64,000 bases of DNA. Source: a virus. Under the pieces are notes generated by a model. That model was not told where the DNA came from, did not search any database, and was given only the letters and a program-made list of their open reading frames with translations. The position numbers and the translations under genes are program-made. Shown one piece after another: positions 57,016-64,000 of this stretch (within the stretch, counting starts at the first letter, position 1; the number at the start of each line of letters is the position of its first letter). The stretch covers positions 32,001 to 96,000 of the IMG/VR virus record IMGVR_UViG_3300027801_001493, one strand, 5' to 3'.

Positions 57016-58509
57016 CTAATTATCACTAAATTGTTCAATATCGAATAATTCATGATATTCTTTTAGAACGTCTACCGTTCTTATTCTCTTTAATTTGTCT
57101 ACGTTGTAAGGTTCTTTAATCTTTTCATTTGTATAATTACAAATGTTATCCCAAAAATTTCCTTCTATGTTTGTTAGTTGTGCCATCATACGTTTTCTGT
57201 TTTCTTCTATCTTAGGTCTTGCTTTTAACCATCTTAAATGCATTTCTGATAAAGGTACTTCACACAATGTAGCAATCTCTTTTGAAATTGCTTTTAAACG
57301 TTTTTCACTGTCCACTATGTTATCGTAATCTTCACTGAAACCTAACTCTTCTGCTAGTGTATGAAATCCAAGTTTTTTAAACTTTGCAATCATGCCTGGC
57401 TGTCCATATAATATAAGACCTTGCCCATATACCATAGGCTTTAACACTTTTTCTGTATAAAAAGTATTCACATTTTCATGGTCTGCTACTGTTTCACATG
57501 TATACCATACATAACTATTTTCCATCTGTGGAGCATACTTACTTTCTACTGCACCTATATAAGCATGGTCTCCTGGTATACTTTGCCCAAGTTTGTAATA
57601 TTTTTTAAATGTATCGAACGTGTCTGCTGTTAATTGGTTTCTCATCATAGGTGCATTTCTTGCCAATATTTGTTTAAAATAGTCTACTGTAAGAAATTTT
57701 CCAACACCCTCTGCTTTACCAATCTTATGAAACACTTGTGGTGGAAAAGCACTTACAATACTCTTATACTTCCATGTATTAACTAAAAACAATGCCCAAA
57801 GTGCCACAGCCCTAGATTCAGAATAACGTCTATTTAAAAATGTAAATGTGTTTCCTTTTGATGTGTACCAATGCTCTTGGTCCCATGATACAAACTTTAG
57901 TTTGCCTGGAACACTTCTGTCTATACCCTTCTCTAAGTCTGCAGTATCTAGATGACCATGCATATTCCATTGTACAACATACTTAACAGGATTTACATTT
58001 TCTTTCGATGCATACTTATTAACTTGTTCTTGCCCATCAAAATTATTACCTACAAGTATAACTTTGTCTGCACTTATATCAAATAACTGCATACAAGAAT
58101 ATAGTTGTGGAATACATTGTTCTAGTTTAGGACTCTCATCTGCAAAGTTTATAACTAACGGCTTATTTAATATACCGCTGTCTAACCCATCAAAGTATGC
58201 AATCATAAAATCTACATGCTGTGGGTGAAACTCCCATGTTGTTATATGGTTTCCGTCTACAGTTTCACTACGCCCTGGGGTAGGGATAAAAAATGTTATA
58301 CTCGTTATTTCTTTATTAATCTCTTTTTGCTTACTTGATAATCCGCCTCTATGTACTTCTGTACAGGAAACTAGTTCATGCCCTAGCATTCCAGCTGGCA
58401 ATGTCATTGTCCAAGGTTCTCCTTGCCATGCATCTGATGATAAATCTACTATAAATTTTTCGCCGGTCTTGTCATGTGTACAATCCAGATACTTGATATC
58501 TAAATCCAT
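57016..58509 (-). CDS. Hypothetical protein with GT10-like C-terminal motif
   Basis: ETV...FYTEKVLKPM..G..ILYGQPG..LGF...EDYDNI. Confidence 0.5.
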   Translation of the reverse strand: MDLDIKYLDCTHDKTGEKFIVDLSSDAWQGEPWTMTLPAGMLGHELVSCTEVHRGGLSSKQKEINKEITSITFFIPTPGRSETVDGNHITTWEFHPQHVDFMIAYFDGLDSGILNKPLVINFADESPKLEQCIPQLYSCMQLFDISADKVILVGNNFDGQEQVNKYASKENVNPVKYVVQWNMHGHLDTADLEKGIDRSVPGKLKFVSWDQEHWYTSKGNTFTFLNRRYSESRAVALWALFLVNTWKYKSIVSAFPPQVFHKIGKAEGVGKFLTVDYFKQILARNAPMMRNQLTADTFDTFKKYYKLGQSIPGDHAYIGAVESKYAPQMENSYVWYTCETVADHENVNTFYTEKVLKPMVYGQGLILYGQPGMIAKFKKLGFHTLAEELGFSEDYDNIVDSEKRLKAISKEIATLCEVPLSEMHLRWLKARPKIEENRKRMMAQLTNIEGNFWDNICNYTNEKIKEPYNVDKLKRIRTVDVLKEYHELFDIEQFSDN

Positions 58510-58865
58510 TGCAATAGATGTCCTAAGATTGCTGAACTAAGTATAAACACTAGTACAGAATTTAAAATTATTAATGCTCTATCTTTCCAAAGTATTCCAA
58601 CCCAAGTCCAACCTATGGTACCTATTAAACTAAACACTTGATCCATAAATTGGTATTGTGGACCTTGAGCTCTAAATAATACTGCTGTAAGTATAAAGAG
58701 ACTTGCTGTCCATTTAATATACCAACTTAAATCTTGTTTAGGAGTAGCACTCTTGTAAACTCTATTGCTGTTTTGTATCTCGCCTATTGTGAACTCTTTG
58801 CCTGTTTTTGTTTTGACTATCGTGTCCTGACTAGGCCCATCAGTAATTTTAAATTCTTTCTTCAT
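58500..58865 (-). CDS. Small multi-TM membrane protein
   Basis: WYIKWTAS, three hydrophobic helices, WKDRALIILN. Confidence 0.65.
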   Translation of the reverse strand: MKKEFKITDGPSQDTIVKTKTGKEFTIGEIQNSNRVYKSATPKQDLSWYIKWTASLFILTAVLFRAQGPQYQFMDQVFSLIGTIGWTWVGILWKDRALIILNSVLVFILSSAILGHLLQWI

Positions 58866-59221
58866 AGTATGCCGATTTGATATTTGCCTTCGTCACTTAT
58901 CATTGTGTCTGGATTCCATGGTGGATCAAACGTTAGTGTAACTTTAACTCCGTTTATACATTCTACTGCTCTTGTGGCAAACTCTATTTCCATAGGGATA
59001 ATTTCAGCCGCCGGGCAGTTAGGTGAGGTTAGTGTCATTATGATGTTTGCATCATACTCTTGATTTACTGCTACTTGATATATAAGTCCTAAGTCATAAA
59101 CATTCAAGTTTATTTCAGGATCATATACCCTACGCAAATTTGCTATAATTTGGTCAACCAATTGGTCTTGCAAATTTTCTGGAGGACCTACTCCTTGTTC
59201 AGTTTCTTTATCGCCTGCCAT
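58862..59221 (-). CDS. sufT: DUF59/SufT Fe-S maturation protein
   Basis: VYDPEINLNVYDLGLIY, MTLTSPNCP, FDPPW. Confidence 0.9.
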   Translation of the reverse strand: MAGDKETEQGVGPPENLQDQLVDQIIANLRRVYDPEINLNVYDLGLIYQVAVNQEYDANIIMTLTSPNCPAAEIIPMEIEFATRAVECINGVKVTLTFDPPWNPDTMISDEGKYQIGIL

Positions 59222-60423
59222 ATTCCCTCTACTAATTTAACACAATCGTGTTCGTCATTGTATGGTGCAGTACTAACTCTAAATATGCCAGTACCTTTGT
59301 TGTTATATCTGTTACTTGCTGGGTAGGCACACATATGGCCCGTTCTAACACATACATCTGATATGTCTAAGAACCCTGCAATATCACTTGCATTGTAGTC
59401 TAACTCTGGATCAACAACAAAACTAAAAACACTTCTAGGATATGGATCTCCAATTAACTGTAGTTCTGGAATGTCAAACAATCCTTTGTCATGTAACATG
59501 TAATAAAATTCTGCTTCGTTCTCTTGTATTTCTTTATAGCCGACTTCCATAATCCATTCTGCCGCCGCCCCTATACTGTGTACTCCTGATATATTAGGTG
59601 TACCTGCTTCTACTTGACTGACATCATTGTTTAATACATATCCTGTTTCAAAATCTACGTGACTAACTGTGCCGCCACCTATACGTGATTCTACATCAGT
59701 AAATCCGCCTCTATGAAATAACACTCCGATACCTGTACCAGCAAACATTTTATGTCCACTAAATGCAATCCAATCAATGTTATTCAGTTTGGTGTCTATT
59801 TCTTGATGTGCAATACTTTGACATGCATCAAGTATCACTTCACAGTCATGTTCTTTTGCTATGGCTACCATTTGTTGCCACTTCAACATGTGTCCGCTTA
59901 AATTACTTTGTGTTAAAAATGCAACTATACTACCTGGGTTCTCACTACAAACTTCTACCCAATCCTGCATACTAACATCACCAGTGTCTGTTGCTTTACA
60001 AACAACTAGTCCATCATTTTCTGTAGTCCTGCCTTGTCTCATCCAAGGTAACGCATTACTGTGATGTTCCAATGCTGTTATAATTACTTTCCTTGCATCA
60101 TCTTTATAATGCTCTGCAACCATGTTTAAACTTTCTGTTGTACCGCTAGTAAATGCAACCTCAAAAGGTTCGCACCCTATTAACTTTGCTACTGAGTCTC
60201 TGGCTTTGTCATAAATGTCTGTTGCAATACCGCTAGTCTTAAAGTCTCCCCTATGTACATTTGCTCTGTAGTTATAGTAATAATCGCTAATTGCTTTTAC
60301 ACTGGTGTCCACAGTTTGTGTACTTGCCGCATTATCTAAATACGTTAAGTCACTATATGCTAGAGCAGGAAAACATGCTCTAATTTGTTTGATTGATTTT
60401 GCTTTTTTGTAGGCTTTTAACAT
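59188..60423 (-). CDS. sufS: Cysteine desulfurase SufS
   Basis: YLDNAAST, ANVHRG, GTTESLN, EHHSN, FSGHKM (PLP Lys), RTGHMCA (Cys). Confidence 0.9.
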   Translation of the reverse strand: MLKAYKKAKSIKQIRACFPALAYSDLTYLDNAASTQTVDTSVKAISDYYYNYRANVHRGDFKTSGIATDIYDKARDSVAKLIGCEPFEVAFTSGTTESLNMVAEHYKDDARKVIITALEHHSNALPWMRQGRTTENDGLVVCKATDTGDVSMQDWVEVCSENPGSIVAFLTQSNLSGHMLKWQQMVAIAKEHDCEVILDACQSIAHQEIDTKLNNIDWIAFSGHKMFAGTGIGVLFHRGGFTDVESRIGGGTVSHVDFETGYVLNNDVSQVEAGTPNISGVHSIGAAAEWIMEVGYKEIQENEAEFYYMLHDKGLFDIPELQLIGDPYPRSVFSFVVDPELDYNASDIAGFLDISDVCVRTGHMCAYPASNRYNNKGTGIFRVSTAPYNDEHDCVKLVEGIWQAIKKLNKE

Positions 60424-61709
60424 AGAAAACTTTCCACTAATATATCTTTGGCACTATCTTTATCAAAACCTCTGCTCTGCAGATAGTACATGTGTTCATT
60501 ATTAATGTTACTTATCGTACAACCATGAGAACATTCTATTTCTTTGGTATGTATATCTAGTATAGGTCTGGTATGCATTTTTGTATCTTTAGTAAGCATT
60601 AAATTATTGTTATTCATCTCTCCGTTGAAGCCTATACTGTATGGACTAACGTCGAACTTTCCTATGAAACTGGTATTAGCCTTTTCTCTTCCAACGTTTT
60701 TAATATCTATAACACTTTTGTTATTATCGTTTTGACTTTTCACTAAAACATACTGATGATACTCATTGCCAGCAAGTATATTATTTCTACCTTTTACATT
60801 TATATCTACGTGACTGCTACATTTAAAGTAAAAGTTTTCTTGTGAGTACTTACTGCCTTCATTGTTAAAATTAATAGTAACTTTACTTCCTGGATGGCAG
60901 ACAAATCTACTATCAAAAATCCCCCAGCCGCCACAGTCAACTGTGTTTCTGTCAATTACTAATTCTGCATCTTCCCTAACAATGTATGTTACATAATTCA
61001 TTTGTCCTGCTTGGGCTTTTACAGTTTCATTTATTTTGACCTTAGTGTTATATTGTACATCAACTATAGTAGTGTTTGCTTCTAGTATAGGATCTTGTGT
61101 GCTGTTCTCATAATATATGTTAAGTGGCTTATTGTAGTAACGTTCTTTAGATCCTGTTGGAAATATAATTACGTTTGTAAATGGTGTTAATGCGTATGTT
61201 AAATTTCTAAAGTCTTCAGTAGGCTCTATAATCTTAATATACTCATCTTGTTTTTGTTTATTAAATTTAATATTATCTAATATCTGCACACCAAAAGGTT
61301 TTTTGCTACCTAAGTCCATGCTAGTTAAAATAACACTATCGTTAATAACAATAGATTGTTCTTGATGTGCAACCCATTCAAATCTTTCTAATGCTTCAAC
61401 TGGATCGTACTGTGATTGTTTTGCTAATATATCTAATTGCTTTAGTTTGTTTAAATTACTAAAATTAAATTGTTCATGTTTGTTATTAGGGATACCAACT
61501 TCTCTAAGATACATTAAGTTGTCTACAAAATGATTATGTACTCCTGGAACTTTTTTTTGATATCCGCTTTGTTCTGCCAATGCAATAAAGTCAGACGAAC
61601 TAATATAGTCTGCCAAATCTTCTAATTTAAAATAACTTGCAACACCTGTTTGACTGTCTACCAGTCTTTCGCTGTAAAGATTCTTATACACTATCAAACC
61701 CTTCCGCAA
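60417..61709 (-). CDS. sufD: Fe-S assembly scaffold SufD (divergent N-terminus)
   Basis: C-terminal RPILDIHTKEIECSHG, YYLQSRG; position between sufC and sufS. Confidence 0.8.
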   Translation of the reverse strand: MRKGLIVYKNLYSERLVDSQTGVASYFKLEDLADYISSSDFIALAEQSGYQKKVPGVHNHFVDNLMYLREVGIPNNKHEQFNFSNLNKLKQLDILAKQSQYDPVEALERFEWVAHQEQSIVINDSVILTSMDLGSKKPFGVQILDNIKFNKQKQDEYIKIIEPTEDFRNLTYALTPFTNVIIFPTGSKERYYNKPLNIYYENSTQDPILEANTTIVDVQYNTKVKINETVKAQAGQMNYVTYIVREDAELVIDRNTVDCGGWGIFDSRFVCHPGSKVTINFNNEGSKYSQENFYFKCSSHVDINVKGRNNILAGNEYHQYVLVKSQNDNNKSVIDIKNVGREKANTSFIGKFDVSPYSIGFNGEMNNNNLMLTKDTKMHTRPILDIHTKEIECSHGCTISNINNEHMYYLQSRGFDKDSAKDILVESFLC

Positions 61710-62379
61710 ATATTTTTTGTGCTAATTCTTTTCCGCCACCAACTACATGGTCTTTCTTTAACACAATGATTGCATCTGGGTTTAAACTTTCAATAAGTTT
61801 TTCGTAATGTGTTACAACAATAAGTGTATTGTCTGCTGTTCGCCATTCATTTAGTTGTTTGGATAATGCTTTAATACCGTCAACATCTAAACCACTATCT
61901 GGTTCATCTAACATTGCTAGTGATGTATTAAGCATCTGCATTTGAATTAGTTCGTTCTTTTTCTTTTCGCCTCCACTAGCATCGGTGTTTAAGTTTCGTT
62001 TATCCCACCCTTCAGGTAATCCTAATGATTGGCTCAGTCCTTTAAACTTTTCTAGTGTTTCTCTAATTTCAGTACCCTTAGTGTTCAATGCTTGTTTTAA
62101 GAATTGAAAGTTGCTTAGTCCTGGTATGCTTGTTGGTGATTGAAACCCTATAAACATTCCAGCCTTTGCTCTTTCATCTACTTCAAACTCATTAATGTTT
62201 TCACCGTTAAGTTCTACATCACCTGATACTTCTAAATCAGGTCTGCCCATAATACTATGTAGTAGTGTACTCTTACCAATTCCATTAGAACCCATAATAA
62301 TATATGTACGCCCAACATCAAACTCAATGTTGAGGTTTTCTAAAACTGGACTTACTGAATAATTCGTTAATTTTAACAT
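61684..62379 (-). CDS. sufC: Fe-S assembly ATPase SufC
   Basis: GSNGIGKS, ASGGEKKKNE, LDEPDSGLD, VTHY. Confidence 0.93.
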   Translation of the reverse strand: MLKLTNYSVSPVLENLNIEFDVGRTYIIMGSNGIGKSTLLHSIMGRPDLEVSGDVELNGENINEFEVDERAKAGMFIGFQSPTSIPGLSNFQFLKQALNTKGTEIRETLEKFKGLSQSLGLPEGWDKRNLNTDASGGEKKKNELIQMQMLNTSLAMLDEPDSGLDVDGIKALSKQLNEWRTADNTLIVVTHYEKLIESLNPDAIIVLKKDHVVGGGKELAQKIFAEGFDSV

Positions 62380-62385
62380 GTGTAT

Positions 62386-62414
62386 ATTGTACTACCTTTT
62401 GTTTGTGATGTCAA
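62386..62414 (-). promoter_or_regulatory. Internal sigma70-type promoter; sufC ATG at predicted +1
   Basis: TTGACA-N17-TACAAT-N6-ATG in the sufB-sufC gap. Confidence 0.7.
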
Positions 62415-62417
62415 GTG

Positions 62418-63878
62418 TTATCCGACCGCTCCTTCAAGTGTTACACTTAACAACTTGTTGGCTTCGGCGGCAAATTCTAATGGCAGTTTTTGGAATACAT
62501 CTTTACAAAATCCGTTTACTACTAAATTCATAGCATCATCTTCGCTAAATCCTCTAGTTGCCAAGTAATACATTTGTTCTTCACTAATCTTTCCAGCACT
62601 TGCTTCATGTTCTACAGTTGCAGTACTGTTTTGACTTGTTACATATGGTATAGTTAATGCTCTACTGTCTTGTAACATTAAACTATCGCACTTTGTATAG
62701 TTAGAAGCATTTGTGGCTCCTGGGTTTATTTTAACAGCACCTCTATATACATTTGTACTGTCTCCAAAACTAATGCCTTTGGATATAATGGTGCTCTTGG
62801 TATTCTTACCTATATGAATCATTTTAGTACCAGTGTCTGCTTGTTGCTTTCCTTTAGTAACAGCAACACTAAAAAATTCTCCTGTGCTACCTTCACCTTT
62901 TAAAATACAACTAGGGTACTTCCATGTAATTGCACTTCCTGTTTCTACTTGAGTCCAAGATACTTTTGAATTTTTACCTTCACACTTGGCTCTCTTTGTT
63001 ACGAAGTTGTAAACACCGCCTACTCCATTCTCATCTCCTGGATACCAATTTTGTACTGTTGAATATTTTATCTCTGCATCGTCCATTGTAATTAGTTCTA
63101 CACAGGCGGCATGTAAAGTGTTCTCATCATACGCTGGTGCAGTACAACCTTCTAAGTAACTTACATAACTGCCTTCGTCTGCTATAATAAGTGTGCGTTC
63201 AAACTGTCCTGTGTTTCTAGCATTAATACGGAAGTAAGTGTTAAGTTCCATTGGGCATTTAACACCTGGTGGAATGTATACAAATGTACCGTCTGAGAAT
63301 ACAGCAGAGTTCAGTGTAGCAAAGTAATTGTCTGTGTAAGGAATTACACTACCTAAATATTTTTTAACTAAGTCTGGGTGGCTTTGAACTGCTTCACTAA
63401 TACTACAAAACACAATACCGTGTTTTTCTAGTTCTGCTTTAAATGTAGTAGCAACACTAACACTATCAAATACTGCATCAATGGCTACTGTTGGAATAAG
63501 GTTGTCTTGTTTAGGTTTACTTGTATCTAATCCAAGTAATGCATCTCGTTCGTGTAATGGTACACCTAACTTTTCAAACGTATCTAAAATTTCTTGTGGA
63601 ATATCACCTTCTTCAAAGAACTTAGGTGCAGAGTGATAACTCAATGCTTGGTAGTCTATTGGTTCATAGTCTAGTTCTCCCCATTGTGGTTCGCTCATGC
63701 CTTGCCATCTTTTAAAAGATTTCAGTCTAAAGTCTAACAACCATTCTGGTTCTTTTTTTAATTCACTAAGGTTTCTTACAACTTGTTCATCTAGTCCTGG
63801 TGGAAAAGAATCACTTACAACATCAGTTATAAATCCGTCTGCATACTGTTGCTTTGCATTTATGTCAGCATCTTTCAT
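62418..63878 (-). CDS. sufB: Fe-S assembly scaffold SufB
   Basis: [60 protein letters not shown]. Confidence 0.95.
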   Translation of the reverse strand: MKDADINAKQQYADGFITDVVSDSFPPGLDEQVVRNLSELKKEPEWLLDFRLKSFKRWQGMSEPQWGELDYEPIDYQALSYHSAPKFFEEGDIPQEILDTFEKLGVPLHERDALLGLDTSKPKQDNLIPTVAIDAVFDSVSVATTFKAELEKHGIVFCSISEAVQSHPDLVKKYLGSVIPYTDNYFATLNSAVFSDGTFVYIPPGVKCPMELNTYFRINARNTGQFERTLIIADEGSYVSYLEGCTAPAYDENTLHAACVELITMDDAEIKYSTVQNWYPGDENGVGGVYNFVTKRAKCEGKNSKVSWTQVETGSAITWKYPSCILKGEGSTGEFFSVAVTKGKQQADTGTKMIHIGKNTKSTIISKGISFGDSTNVYRGAVKINPGATNASNYTKCDSLMLQDSRALTIPYVTSQNSTATVEHEASAGKISEEQMYYLATRGFSEDDAMNLVVNGFCKDVFQKLPLEFAAEANKLLSVTLEGAVG

Positions 63879-64000
63879 TATTCTACCTGCTTTGTTTTAA
63901 GTTGTAATGGATGTCCGTTGCCTCTAGCAGTTGCTAAGGCTTCAGTAGTTTTTTGTTCTGCTATCTCGAAGTTATAAGTACCAGCCACTGCTTGTCCGTG
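63878..64000 (-). CDS. clpS: ClpS adaptor, C-terminal part (not in ORF track; 5' end outside window)
   Basis: ...[35 protein letters not shown]...; TAATG overlap with sufB. Confidence 0.75.
   Translation of the reverse strand, partial: HGQAVAGTYNFEIAEQKTTEALATARGNGHPLQLKTKQVE

Noticed and set aside
1-64000. Stop-codon reassignment as seen in some jumbo phages
   Set aside because: Standard-code ORFs tile the window; conserved proteins end at expected lengths on TAA, TAG or TGA
1-64000. CRISPR array, DGR, retron, integrase or IS element
   Set aside because: No regularly spaced repeats, reverse transcriptase, transposase or recombinase motifs found; repeats are intragenic peptide repeats
38934-64000. 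Interpretation as a bacterial chromosome because of suf, clp, fab, nadE and guaC
   Set aside because: These genes are dispersed among phage-type hypotheticals, lack their usual operon partners (clpX, tig, fabD/G) and share promoter motifs with the structural genes; a contig-level check is still advised

Overview
AT-rich, densely coding segment best explained as part of a large tailed-phage (jumbo, T4-like regulatory logic) genome rather than a cellular chromosome. Evidence: tail-fibre and structural genes with collagen and PKD-type repeats, a putative i-/o-spanin pair, phoH, an RFC/gp44-type clamp loader, three tRNAs, and recurrent sigma70-type (TTGACW-N17-TATAAT) and T4-late-like (TAAATA) promoters, with no ribosomal or other core housekeeping operons. 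The auxiliary gene load is unusually large: a near-complete SUF Fe-S system (sufB-C-D-S-T plus a displaced sufE), ClpS/ClpA/ClpP with DnaJ and GroES-like chaperones, ACP and FabF, NadE, GMP reductase, two radical SAM enzymes, an amidinotransferase, a secreted haem c/PHM-type copper monooxygenase-like protein, and several degenerate enzyme folds (DnaE fragment, HPPD-like, TauD-like HxN, SDR-like). Non-coding highlights are a tRNA-like element with a collapsed anticodon arm (28059-28130) and about ten genes whose ATG sits at the predicted +1 of a promoter (leaderless architecture). All calls come from motif reading by eye; no database search was run.
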